Below are positions 1 through 13,109 of a stretch of DNA of 64,000 nt, in pieces; position 1 is the first letter of the stretch, and the number at the start of each line of letters is the position of its first letter. Source of the stretch: Ramazzottius varieornatus (lineage: Eukaryota; Animalia; Tardigrada); assembly GCA_001949185.1 (NCBI GenBank), contig BDGG01000008.1, forward strand, positions 1,178,001 through 1,242,000, given 5' to 3'. The notes under the pieces are model-generated. The model was not told where the DNA came from. It saw only the letters and a program-made list of their open reading frames with translations, and searched no databases. The translations under genes and the position numbers were made by a program.

Positions 1-71
1 ATTTGTTCAGGCTTGTTCGACGCGGTTTCCTTGAAGCGATCTTGGACATCAAGGGTCTTTCTATGTTTGCA

Positions 72-2205
72 GGTAGTCTGCCGAACACCAACTACCACCT
101 GGGAGGAAGTCGGAGTGGACAACGGCCTCTGCGGAATGCATCGGTGAGTGCCACATTGGACACAGCCGATGACTATGTCCTCTTTAGTGCTATTGACGGT
201 CAGTCGTACACCGTCAACGGCGCTATGGCTGCTGCCGCTGCTTCGGCCACACATCATCAAAAACATCAAGCGCAACGGGATGCCACTTCGGCCGGCAGTT
301 CGCCACGCGATAGTCTACGGATGAACCACAGGGAGTCCGACGACAAGGCCAGGAAATCACCCGTCAAGCTGACTATCAACGGTGACTATGTCGACCTAAT
401 TGGGCTAGGTATGCTTTGACCAGAGCGCATTAGCCGCTTTGGCAAGTGCACCGCTGTATAAATTATCTTCCCGGTTTCTCGAATATCAACCTATCACGGG
501 ATCCTTAGAAAAGGTTTATGGCGTAATATCCGTCAAATTTCAGCACAATTTACGAGCCTGTCTACCAAAATCACCCCCGCGGAATATTGCCTTATAGTCT
601 TTATTCGCAACAAGTTTCATTTTCATCATTCACAATTTTTGCAGTTTTTATTTCATTCTTTTTGGTATTTCGGAGCTCGATAAACCAACTCGACAAGATC
701 TTTTTTGGCCAAGTGGCGCACGCTCCCAGCCGGTAACGTTGTGAGCATGCGTGACTTGGGAAAACTTCAAGATCCTTTTTTCACAGTGGCGCACTTCTCA
801 GTGATATTGACCAATAGCGTGCGTCACTTGGCGAAATAAACGATCTTTTTGAGTTTGTTCACCTAGGTGCAATTTCATTTTTGTTTTTAAGGTAATTTTT
901 TTGGGTCCCGTTGAAGTTAATGAAGTGGATTGTTGTTTGTAGGACGTGAGGAGCGTGGAAGTCAGACAAGTATCAGCCAGCTGTCAAGTGGCTATCAGTC
1001 CTCGTCACTTCAAGCTCGCCAAGCCAACAGCAACTCCAGCCAAAGCTGCAGTCCGATGGAGATTAGCACCGACATCTCCCCGCACAACACTTCAAAGTAC
1101 GCAGTGAACCCGAACCGGAAGTCCTACATGGATTCCTCCGATCACAACTCGAGGGCTCGCTTGTCGTCCAGCAGTGACAGCGCCGCTTCCTCCATGTCAA
1201 CACCACCACGCGACCGACGCACAAACTTCTCGGCAGCCCCACGCACAAACCCCCATTGTTCACAGAACGGTAGTCTTCCTGTCAATGCTACTCCTCCTTC
1301 CCCCAAACTGGGCATAAGAGCCTTCGGTGATACCGAAAAGAGAAATAAGCTCAAGTGTAGGCCGGTCAACCGACACGCTTCCTCCTCACCCGACAGGATC
1401 TCACATGAGAACGTCGGCAGTGACCGCGACACGAAACAGGTAAGAGATCCCCTCACGATTTCTTCAACCCAACCTACGCTGCAATGCATTAACCACAAAC
1501 GGTTTTTTTTACTCTCTCAGTACGAATTGGAGATCGATCAGCTGCGATCGCAACTTCAAGCGCTCCAAGTGAAACTCCAAGAAGCCGAAAGGAAATTGTC
1601 CAATCAGGAACAGACCACGGAGAAAGTCATTCTCGACTGGAAAGCTCAAATTGAAGCCGGTGAAGAAAGAGTAAAAAAAGAACAGATCGAGAAAGACCTC
1701 CAGATGAAAAGCATCGTTGTCAGGTATGTAAAAAGACGCTTTTGTTCGCTCAGCGTAATTGGAGAAAGTCTGCGACCGTGTTTGCGTCTTTCGCGCATCT
1801 GCATACGAACCTTCTTTGTGATGCAATGACGGCCTGTATCGATGCTGTGTCTCTCAGTCACAATTGGACCTAATGACGATCTCCTTTTTCTGCAGATTGA
1901 TAAGTGTGGAGGAAGAGCTGAGACGCGAACAGTCCGAGCTGATGGGCATGATGCGGGCCAAGCAGAAGGTGATAGAAGCTCAAGAAAAGAAGATCGAAAG
2001 CCTGAACTCGGCGAACCAGCGCTTGGTAGCCACATTGGCCCAGCTGAAAGAGTCCTCTCCATTACGAACCCGGAATGGCGCCACTGGTGGAGGTCGCACT
2101 TCTCCCTACCCTAACCCCACTTCTGGACGGATGCCGGAAGCCATTGACGCTTTGAGCTTCCTCAACCTACCCGAGACCAAGGAGTTACGCAGTAGCTCGT
2201 GTTGA
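72..2205 (+). CDS. 3' part of Ras GTPase-activating protein (DAB2IP/RASAL2/SynGAP family); exons ~72-408, 943-1439, 1521-1723, 1895-2205; 5' end lies outside the window
   Basis: Spliced C-terminal coiled coil KDLQMKSIVVRLISVEEELRREQSELMGMMRAKQKVIEAQEKKIESLNSANQRLVATLAQLKE matches the family tail; canonical GT-AG sites. Confidence 0.85.
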
Positions 2206-2674
2206 ACTTGAAAGGTGCTTTTAACTTCTACGTTCCTTCTGCCCTCCTTTCTTCCTCTTTTTGTATTTTTCAAGGTTCTCTTCCTGTTTGTGATACACGT
2301 ATGTGTCCTTTTCCTCCTTGACGTTTTACAAGAGGCGTTCGTCGTTGTACAGATTTAGTTATTGCAGTACTGTCTAGGTTAACCTAAGTTGTCTCTTTCT
2401 AGTATTTCAAAGTTACTGCACAGTTTTCAGAATATCAAATCTATTTTATCGGTTTCTTTACTCTTTTTATGCAAGTGACAAATTTCAGTTTCAGTGAAAC
2501 TTGTCTAACTTATTCAGTAAACGATCTGATCATACTTTCGTCCAGTCAACTTCCGGTCCTTCGTTTGCGGAAACATATTTACACAAGAACCTTTTGGCAC
2601 AGTCACAAAAGTACTTATTTAATCCACATCGATTTGCTGTAAACTGCACAACCATATGGAACTCGACTATCTCA

Positions 2675-3577
2675 CTAAAAAGTGACCATCAGTGGAGCGC
2701 TGGTACCGGGATCCACGTCGTGCGCCATGATCGTCCCTACCGAAGAAACATGCCGCGTAAGCTATGCAACCCAAATACGAAACGCCGACCAACGGATCAC
2801 ACATGTCGACTTACCGTCTTTATGAGGTCCAGTGGCGATGATGAGGCTGTGCTTCGTGGTTCCCAGATCGAAAACCTTATCGTCAATGGTTATCTTTTTG
2901 TTGATATCCGCCTCACAAGACAGCATAGCTCCATCTACCGAGGTCTTCCCGACCTTGATTTGAGATTGCTAAAAGAACGAGACATAAATCATCCAGTCTG
3001 CTATTGTACCTCCGTCTCTCATATCCGCGTAGCCAGCGCATCCGGGTGGGCCAGTCTGGTTCAGTCAATAATTCAAGGTCAACCTACATCAATTTTTGCA
3101 GGTCCCGTGTTGAAGTGCTCCGTGGGATGATTAAAGGTAAGCTCCGCAATGGCTTTTCCTCCTTGTTCCAAGCAGTGAACCACAGGTGCATTCAACATAC
3201 CACCACTCTGTAACAAGAAACGACACAGACCTCAGACAATGAGCTTTGGAAAAGGCTGCCCGAGTTACGGCGATAGACATGCTGAAGAGGGAACGTGTCA
3301 AGACTCAAGAGCTTACTTCAGAGAACCCAACAGCGATCCATCGGTTGGCAAGACTCAGCTTCAAAGCTCCCAAGGCTTTTCCAGTCAAGTTAACATGGAC
3401 TCCAGTCGGTGTGGGAGAAACGACGGCCAAGACGTCACAAGCATTGGTGTCCACGCATCCTGAGGGTAAACCTACACAAAGTGCTCCAATAGCGGAACAG
3501 GCAGCTGGTCCAGCTGCTGCATAGGCTCCAGCAGCAGAAAGAACCAAGAGCACCACAACAGAGATGAGTCCTGCCAT
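2675..3577 (-). CDS. Secreted stand-alone DOMON-domain protein (FRRS1/SDR2-type DOMON), multi-exon
   Basis: Signal peptide MAGLISVVVLLVLSAAGAYA, CVGLPSGC...CD, RWIAVGFS, later exon CEADINKKITIDDKVFDLGTTKHSLIIATGPH, last exon ending PLMVTF*. Confidence 0.7.
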
Positions 3578-6260
3578 TTTGATTATATGCCCAGCTAAAT
3601 TTGAATACTCAGATGGACCAGAAGCTGGCAATGTCTGGAGTCAACTAGACGAAAAGCTCTTGCGACTGACTTTATCGAGTTAATGAGTATACGTGTTTCT
3701 GCCGTAAGCGTTGTTTGATGGCACCAATAAGTCATGGTCAAAACTTTTCATGACCCATGTGAGACCCGGTTGCGGAGAAAAGGCGTGACAATGAGCCAAG
3801 GCAGTATGCGGAACTAGATGCCTTTGCCACTTTACATTTGAATGCCAAAAGTAGTGTCTAGTCCGTAATGTTCATTGTCAGCGTCACGTAATACCCGTAA
3901 TGCAGTTGCAAAGTCAATTTTCGACATTGCGATTCAGTTTTACGATTTTGTCTTGTGGTATTAAACTATCTGCAGACGGAGGACTGCCCAGAACATTCAT
4001 TAGGTTCATCTTTTGCTGGTTGGCCGCAAGAGTGATTTGGTTCAGCGGCTCTCCAGTAGAACCTTCCGGAAGCGAGCCATCTGCAATTAGGAAGGCTTCA
4101 TGAAATACACTGTCTCACATTGTCAACTAGACTACGGCAGTACAGGGGAAGTCAGAACTTTCATCGACAATTTTTCTTTGCACAAGCACAACGTGCATGA
4201 TCAGCATTTCAACTGGCACATCTTTCCGTTGTCAACGGCTGCAATGGTGCGCCACTCAAAATAACGATCGTTACGTTTTGACGCATTTTTAACGATCTAT
4301 TATGCCCAGCTGAGGCCAGCTCCCAGTTCACCATTATGATATTAGCTCGTCGTGAAAACCTCAGGTGAAATGAACGAAGCAAACCATACCTAAGACCTGG
4401 AAGAACAGCAACGACGTTTCGCCCTGTGCTACTGCAAGAACTACGGTATCAGCAGCACGCTCTTCTTCCGCTGTAGGTCCACCAATGACGGTAGTCCTGC
4501 AACAAAGCAAAAGTCCGATACCGTCAAATCGACATAATACGAAGTCAATGACAAAACAAAGCTCTCAGTTCCCGCTCACCCAATCAGAGCGAATGTGGAG
4601 GAAACTTGTGGATTTCTCAGGAGCTCAGCTGACTGAAGGCTGTCCCAGTCATAGCTGAAGGAGTCTTCGCTTGGGTTGTGAGACCACTTCGGGAGCCTCA
4701 CTACGAAATAACGAAACAAAATTACCAACTAAAGCAGCCAAACAAAGAAATGAAGAGTTATTCTACTCACGAAGTTACCTCGCTGAAGGGATGCTACAAG
4801 AGCAAGAAAAGCGGTGTCTATTACGCAACCATCATCATGAAGGACATTAATGGTTATGAAGAGATGCACCACAACCTGGAAGAACAGAAATAAGGAGCTC
4901 AAAGCCGTTAAGGCAATTTGAGCAATTTTCGATTTCGCAATTTTGAGATTAAACTTACTCTTCCAGGAATGAGAATGAGCTTCGACTCGTCGATCAGATC
5001 GAATTCGTCAATCAAAGTTTCCAACAAGACCTCACGTTCCAGGTTGATGGTGTGAGTTCGGTCTTCCATGTTGTCCATGTCGACTTCATGATCAGAATCT
5101 TCATCGTTTGCAGCCGGAAATGGGGTTCGGCGGGGATCACCAGGATATGTAGCCTTCAAATCTGTCAAAGAACTAAACGGTAACGAAGCTGTCGAAACTC
5201 TAAGCGATAAAAGACTGCGTATGGACTTACGAATCAAGTTGAGGTCCGGATCCGATTCTCTAAGGTTCTAAAAAACCTGGACTATGACTTTGTCAGAGAG
5301 GCACCATGTCATAGCGGCAAACTGACAACCGTGTTAATTTATTCTTTCACGCGTCTCCGCCAAGGAATCGGAACCTTGAACAGGCAAAAAAGAACAAGAA
5401 GGTTCCTTACGAGCGATATACAGGAGGATACTCGTGTGGCACCAATCCGGGCAATACACAGAACGTCTTCCGGGTCCTTACCTAGAGAAGGGAAGACAAG
5501 TTGTGACTCTTGACACTGACACTTGTAATCCATGGACAAACGGCTCCTTTGTCCGGCCGCGTAATGTGTTCCTAGTAGTTTCAACGTACATTTGTACTCT
5601 GAAAGAATGGCGTCCCGGAATGAGTTCACGTTACGTCCATCGGATCGTTTTCCACCGATCTACAATAGAGCGAGCAACACGTACCCGTAATATGACATGA
5701 CATACCACAGAATGTCAGAGGATACACCGGAGCAATAATCTTTACCAGATCTTTCCGAAGTAAGTCCTTTTGATTCAGCAGCCTGCAATTACTTGCCAAT
5801 TAGAATGCATAAACAACATCTGCTCGACTGAACGCCAGAGGCCACTTGGAACCAAAGATGGTGCGATGAAAGAAAATGACAAAAAAAGGCCGAAGATGAA
5901 CAGATAGCGAATTTCCAATGTTAGACTCACCGGCAAGGAAACGGCGTCGTCATCGTCGTCACAACTTTGATACCACTATGGATGACAAACTCCAAGTTGT
6001 CCAGTGGTAAGCTTCTCGAACTAGCGTGGGAGGTCCGAAATAGATAGCTTCTGGAAGATGGACAAGGAGAATTAGTACTGTACTCGTAAGGAAGATGGGA
6101 AAACAAGAAAATCGGAATTCGGAGTAAATTCCTTCGATCAGTCAAACAATCAGCGGATATCAAGCTGACGTACCGCCTTGCCAGCCAATAGTGTTGCGTA
6201 TCAGCGACAATGGCATGCGAAACTGGTTCCAAAAATAACCCGAAACTGGAAGCAAAAAGA

Positions 6261-6362
6261 TGCTCTAGGGCGGGTTCGAACCGCCGATATCCGCATGACT
6301 TGCAGGGCATGGGCCTGATACTGCATATAAGTACGGCGCATTAACCACTATGCTACAAGAGC
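6261..6362 (-). tRNA. tRNA-Ile(UAU) with 29-nt intron (6297-6325)
   Basis: GCTCTTG acceptor strand, GCAT/ATGC D-stem, CCGTA-CT-TAT-A/A-TGCGG anticodon arm, GGCGG-TTCGAAC-CCGCC T-arm; intron at canonical 37/38 position; T5 Pol III terminator at 6254-6258. Confidence 0.92.
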
Positions 6363-6711
6363 CTTTCTACGTTACGCGACAGACTTATCCCGTAGAGCTG
6401 AAATTCAAGCCAATCTCGCCGCGCTCTTTTGACAGTGCTCGGAAACAAAGACCGAACTTGCCCTTCAATTCCAGACTCCGGCCACAAAAAAGTGCTTTAA
6501 AAGGAACAAAGCCTAAAGAAGATCTCATTTTTAGATTTTTCGGCCTGAACCGTGCTGGCCAGAAAGCAAGTACGACCTCGAACCTCACGAGAAAAACCTG
6601 CGGAACAGTCTCGATAAAAGAGAACGGCTTTTTTTATTTGGTAAAACTTCGGAACAGAATGTCGATAACTGTAAATGCATCCTATTTGTGCCAGAACGGT
6701 TCATGAAAAAT

Positions 6712-8746
6712 TCAGCCCGAAAAATAGTTGACCACTCTGCCGCTCACTTCCTGGTAGGGTCGATAGTTGTCCACGATACGTTCTCCATCTGCTTCGTTGT
6801 GGGAATCCTCATGATTCGTATCTGCTGTTTCCACATGCCCATTTGTAGCGTGTGCATGACCAGAGAGAATTCTGCGGAATCTTTGCAGCTGGAGCCGAGT
6901 GATGGGAATGGGATGCTGCATCAAGGTCCACTGCAGGTGCTGACTACACGGCGGGGTCGTCAGCGAACCGTAGTACCGGAAGTACTGTGGCTGGGATGGA
7001 AGAAGCTGCGACAGGGTGAAACCCGGCAATCTCACGGTCTTTGTCCCTGCGAAAAAGAGCACAATCAGATGAGACTTGTTTAGGAGCAACTCACTAATTA
7101 GTTACCCTTGCAATCAAACTCGACCAGATCGTTGCCCTAAGTGGCGCACGTTCTCATTGTTATTGACAGAAACTGTGCACCATCTGGGAGCGCAGTCTGG
7201 CCGAGTTCGTTGTATGTTAAGGTATTCGGTGGATTATGTTATGTGGACTATACCGAATCTGCGGACAGTGAGAACGGTACTGCTGATCATATCCATAGGC
7301 TCCAAATCATTCACGCTTGCTTCGTTCTCGTCTTTTGTGGAAAGTTCAAACAGAACGCCCAGTACAGCAATTTTGTATGGACCGGAACTATTTGCCGAGT
7401 TAATGTGCACTAGATGGACCTGTCAGGGAGAAAAAGCACAGCCAAGGATAGAGGCGAATTTTAGGCAGATTATGCAAATGGCTAAAATCTTATTGAGGAA
7501 GAGCTAACTCGCTCCTTCCCGCCTTTTGGAAAGAAAGAAAGAAGGTACCACCAACTAACTTCCAGAGGATATTGCTTTCCATCGATCGCATGTTCTGAAC
7601 CGCGACTGTCATTGCCGCCCCAGTGAAAATGTAACTGTCGAAAGTCGTATTGTCCTTCAACAAGTCCTCCGCCGGTTAGCTGCGGTACCTCAATGAATTC
7701 CGCCGAGAACTGAACTGTCAAGAAAGACAAGTGCTCGTGAGGGTTATTATGAAGGATGAGGAAAACTCTCGAGTCAGCGAGAAATTCTCACACCACATGC
7801 GCCATCATGTTGACATTTATTTGATGGATTTTAATTTTGATGTTTGAGACGTGCGAAAAGGATTCTTTTTGCGCCAACATATCCCACGGAATCCAATCGG
7901 TTAAAGCGACGTAAAATGAACTGCTGAACATATTACTGGACTCAATCTTAGGTTCCCCATAGCAAACGAGATCTATTAAGCGAAAAGAAAAAACGAAAAG
8001 AGAAAATTCAGCCCAGGTAGCCCTTGGGTCCCCACCCTTCCACCCCTCACTCTAGCTCAGGATTAAACATAGGTTACTCTCAAGCATATCGAGCAAGAGA
8101 ACGCTTGATATTTTTTCATACCAGTATGACCGTTATTGGAAACAGTCCAGACGTCATTCGCTGGTCTGGCTTCATAGTTGATGTATTCCATGGGAACCAA
8201 CAGGCTATTGTTAATCACCCGGCTTGTTTCGATGTTGATGGGAGACTGGATGTTTAGGTCACAGTCCGCGTACTTCTTACCCCAGTCCTTCGGGAGCAGC
8301 ACTATAGAAAAAAGTCTGAATTGATTCATGATCTCCGCGCACTCTCTAACAGTCATCAATAAATGATAGCAACTTGGCAATGACCAGAAGCAAAGCGTGC
8401 AAAAACGCCGAAGGTTTCTGGAGTGGTCGTAGAATTTTTCGTTTGATCCAGCAATCTCCGAACAATTTCGAACCGGAAACTCAGGTGTGGCAACTTCAGT
8501 CGTTCCCGACTTAATCGGGTTCCGAAGTTTTTTTCACCGTCACTTACTTTTGATCTTTTGGAGTACGCCATAGCCCCAATGATGGTCACTCGTATCTTCG
8601 GGGACCTGGTCGAAGATGCTTCCAACAAGTATCTGAAGCTCCCTGGGTTTCCACAAGATGGTCGGCAATATAAGAAGAGCAGAAAACACAGAAAACGCCA
8701 AGATCAAGATGAGGCACCCGAGGCAGTAGCGAGTCCAAGAACCCAT
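6712..8746 (-). CDS. Alpha-carbonic anhydrase with N-terminal hydrophobic anchor, about 5 exons
   Basis: Motifs HWGY, QSPINI, NNGHT, QLHFHWG, GSEHAIDGKQYPLE|VHLVH, YFRYYGSLTTPPCS, DNYRP; all three Zn-binding His residues present. Confidence 0.95.
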
Positions 8747-9364
8747 CGTTCAGCACTGGTTTCTCGTTTGAAAGAAAAACATCAAGGAGGATATTTCCGG
8801 TCAGGTTCATATGCAGCCTGCCAGACGGATAAACTGTTGGATGGGTACTTCACTTTGATGAGAACTTATATATGTATGCTTGAAGGAAGGAACTATTGAA
8901 GAACGGCGTGACGGATTGCGAAAGAATCGATCACGCCGAATCTGTCAATGAAATGTGTGCCTGGTTCCTCCCTAACTGAACGGAAACAAGCTGGGTTCTT
9001 CACTAGTCCTCCTCACGACGAGCTGTTTATGTCGCAAACGGTTGATTTAAAATCTGAATTTGCTTGATCAACGGAAATTAGTCGTGAGTGAGGCAAATTG
9101 CGTTTTTCGAAAGTCTCGGAAACGGGAGCGGAAATGCGCGAGTTTTGCGGGGTAGGTTTTTTGGCAAACTTTGCCTCCTGACTAGGCTGAAATTCATGGT
9201 TTTCTCTCTGGCTAGTCTCTGTCTGTCGATATCCCCGACACTAATAGGTATCAAGAAGCCCATACGTGAAACGGTACCTCGCAACGTGAAGCACTGTGCA
9301 GACAGAGATCAGCTGAGAAATGAAAAATTGAAACTTCGAGTCAAGTGTGCAGAGAATAATCCGT

Positions 9365-9414
9365 TTTCACTTTCAAGATAAGCTACTCGAGGGCTGCTTA
9401 TCTTGAAAGCGAAA
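9365..9414. repeat. Short inverted repeat/hairpin
   Basis: TTTCACTTTCAAGATAAGC-N12-GCTTATCTTGAAAGCGAAA, 18 of 19 paired. Confidence 0.7.
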
Positions 9415-11734
9415 TTTCGTAATCCACTTTCAAGATCAACACAATCAACGGAGTTTTATGGCCTGTCGTGAGGAGGACTACTGTTTATCATCATATCATG
9501 TCTGTAAGTATGACTTTGCGGTTTTCGGCGGAACACTTCCAAACGTATTTTCAGATCTCGTGTACAGGCATTCAAAACTTGGCTGATGCTCTATCTGTCA
9601 AAAAAACTGTTGCCGATTTTCAAAAGCAAGATGTGGACAATGCAGTGAGATCAGGAAACGAAAAAAATGTCGGAAGGAGTAACCCTCACTTCTGAACACA
9701 ACCTTTTTGAAAAACTTTTGGCATTAAATATGCTTCTTGAATTCGAAAATGTTCGAAAGGTTTTACTGTAGAGAAGATGATCTGTCAAATGCAAGGTTAA
9801 AACCTATGCTTCGAGAATTCTGAAAAAGAACTTTTGTGCAAAACAGGGTGGAAAGTTACGGTTGTCGACGTGCGCCACTTCAGTGGCGCACTTTCGAGCT
9901 CTCCAATTTTTCTCTCTATCTATGCTCAACGAAAACCAAAGGTCTTGGAGTATGCACCAATGTATTTACTATCCACTTTCGAAGTTTCAGAAATTTTGCT
10001 TTCGACCGGCTTTCAAGGCAAGTACTTTTGCATCATCCGGCGTCACTTGTTTTTCCCCACCTGGCTAACTCATGGAGTAGACTGTCCTCGCCGAACCTGA
10101 AACGATTTTTCGCTAGCGTCATCGGTGAGGTCTTGTTCACCGTAGTGTCTGAATTTTTAGCTGCCTTGGTGTGACCGCAAGAAATATAACCTTTGGTGGA
10201 GGTAACTTTCGAAAATTTGCGATCACGAACCATTCTCGTACAAAACCACACAAATGCACGGATCAGAGTTCCTATTGTATTGTATCTACTGTTATTTATG
10301 AAAAGAAGAAACGAGAAATTCCGCCAAAGGCCAGAGATATGAAGTTTCAAAACTTCCCTCGGAAAAACCGCAAAGTCATACTTACAGAGCTGATATAAAC
10401 GATCTGACTTCAAGACGTCACCAGTAATACCTAAAGTAAATACTGGGAAGTCGAGCTCCGTATAAATAAGCAATATAACTTGGCTAACTACTGTATACGT
10501 TGGCACACAGGACGCTCACTTATGGTAGTGTAGTGCGGAGGCACTGGTTCGGATTATATCGTGCGGTTCTCAAGTTGGAGCTGGAGTGTTCGGAAAAATA
10601 TTGAAAGTTCGGCAGTTTAGTGTTTGGAAAGACTACAATACTGTAAGTCAGAAGCCAAAGTGACGAGAAAAGCACGTACGGTTCAGAACTTCATCTTTTC
10701 GCAGCCCCTCTGCCTTTTCAGCCACCTACAATCAATAACAGACCAACTGTCAAACAATCTTACGTTGCTGGAAGGCCAGCTGCAGCATTGATCCTTGTCC
10801 TCCGTATTATCCACGAATTCTCCGGTATCATCCGGTAGTCTGGCCCGCCATCGAGAACGTGCCGTCCAGTGTCCAGATACTCTGTGCGTCGCCAACTCGA
10901 AAGTGATCAGAAGGTGCTAAGAACGACGACCAGAAGTCGCGATCGCGTACCTGCCAGGTTGGCAGATCGTGGTGCTGCTCCTCCGCTGCCACGCCCTGGC
11001 AAACAGGACACTACAGTATTCAGTTTATTAATACTGCGACGCACAGAAGTTTACCTATCATCTCTGTGGTCACCAAGCTATGCGAACTTATCATCCAGGT
11101 TCTCCTTACGATCGTAAATGGTTTCCCCAGTCACACAGACCTTTTTTCTTCGCGAGAGGGCTCCATCAAAGCCTTCAAAGGTGCTCCACTTCTCCAGCTG
11201 AGGACTTCCGGTTGGGACGGTGGCGGCATCTGCAGGGCTGATGTCTAAAAATCAGTAATCACTGACTTCCGGTGGCGTTGTCGCATTGACGGTGGAAACT
11301 TGCCGAACCGTTCCTTTTCCTTCCGTGCAAACAACAATCACGATTCACGTAGGTAGTCTTGTTAATGAATTGCCACACCGAAGAGGGTCGAAATCCCTCC
11401 TGGAAGCTGGAGCAAAACTGGTCTTCAGTTGGGACACTCTTAAATCAACAATCAGAACACGAGCACGCCCTTTTTATAATCTGTGAGTTTTGAGTGGTTC
11501 GGGCAACGGGAACGAATTTCATTATTGGTTGAAACTCGCCCTCTGGCTTGCGGATGTGGGAGATTGCAGTCGCCGACGTCACCGTATGGATTGAATTTTC
11601 TCACAGTAGAAAAGCAGCACGGGCGGCGGTTATTGCAGTCCATAATCAGCTCCTCAAGGTTCTCCCAGCAAACTTTTGCTCCTTGTGGTCTCATCAGTGC
11701 CAGCCGGACCTCCTCATCCACACTCCTGGTCAAG

Positions 11735-12435
11735 ATGGTTGCTCCTACCTTCGCTCTGATGCGCAGCACGGCCGCCGTACGCCAGTTCTCCACATTAGGG
11801 CGGCATTTTGGCTCCATGAGCATCATCCCCAGACAAGTAAGCATCATCCACCTCTTTCGTGTTACAAACTGGCAGTTGCATCACCTTCACGTCGATGAAG
11901 GGTAGTTCGGTGTGTAAGAGTGTATGTTTACAGGTAAACAGCTCCGAAGTTGCCCCCTCGTCATCCCTGCTTCCCGTTCAACGAAGCTTCACCAATGCCC
12001 AGTTCCAACAGGCTTTCCGATCCCTTCAAACCAGTGCTCCCCGCATGGATATCGACTCCGCAGCAAAGTTTATTGGTGCCGGAGCAGCTACTGTTGGAGT
12101 AGCAGGATCAGGTAAACCCAGAACATCCCCTTTTTCTGGAGAAAACGAGTAGAGTTTGTAGATTGCGGCATGCACCCATCTTTGCACATCGCTCTTGACG
12201 TCGGTTGATTGGAACTTGATGTTGATTAGCCCGTGTCCGAATATTGATTCTGATTTTTGTTCTTCTTTCAGGCGCTGGTATCGGCAGTGTGTTCGGAAGT
12301 TTGATTATCGGATACGCACGGAACCCTTCGCTAAAACAACAGCTTTTCTCCTATGCCATCTTGGGATTCGCCTTGTCCGAAGCCATGGGTCTTTTCTGTC
12401 TGATGATGGCTTTCCTCTTGCTGTTCGCTTTCTAG
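11735..12435 (+). CDS. ATP5MC: Mitochondrial ATP synthase F0 subunit c; exons 11735-11836, 11934-12111, 12272-12435
   Basis: Transit peptide followed by [75 protein letters not shown]; AATAAA at 12671. Confidence 0.98.
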
Positions 12436-13109
12436 ATATACCCTCTGTTTATAAGCACATTCATCCTTTGTACCATCCAAGATGAAGCTTGATACATACG
12501 TAAGAAGGTTATCACAAGGAAGCAAACTTGTTTGCTGTTTAATATCACTGTACTTCAGAATTTGGTGTGTGGTTGAAAGAGTTAAGGGAAAATGCACTGA
12601 AGATCATCTGGAATATTCGTGATTTTTCATCTTATCGCTAACACTGTCGTTTTTAATGTCTGCTGTCTAAAATAAAATTCTGCAACAAGTTCCGAACTGG
12701 CGGTCTGTTTGACTCAGTTGCACAAATTTAGTGAGAACAAACGATGAGAATTTCAGCTTTCAGACTTCGTCATCACGATGCTATTCTGGCGCACATTCTC
12801 CGTGTCATAACCTGGAAGCTTGTGGGACTTGAGTAAGCAGCTCTGACGAACGGTCCGGAACGGACAAACGATTAAATTTCATTTTAGAGGAAAATCCGAA
12901 GTTCCAAGATATTTCTGGAATCGTTTTGATCGCTTTTCCGAGCGGTACTACCACCGAAAGATTGAAGGAAAACCGAGATAGCTGTCTGTAAATGGAAAGC
13001 AAGGTAGAATGAAAGCACTAAGAGAAGACTGTATTCGGAAACTGAAATTACGAAAGGCGAGAAGTCTTGAGCAAATTCTTCTACATCGTCGAACACAACC
13101 CTTCGATCC

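Noticed and set aside
697-845. Repeat-spacer-repeat pattern resembling a CRISPR array or integron attC sites
   Set aside because: The arms are inverted and the units are dispersed in eukaryotic introns; no cas or integrase genes are present
2501-3130. 209-aa plus-strand ORF
   Set aside because: It is antisense to the DOMON gene exons and has no recognisable features
9869-9891. GTGCGCCACTTCAGTGGCGCAC as a full palindrome unit
   Set aside because: The arms are back to back without the 25-nt spacer; at most a junction of two degenerate units, so not counted
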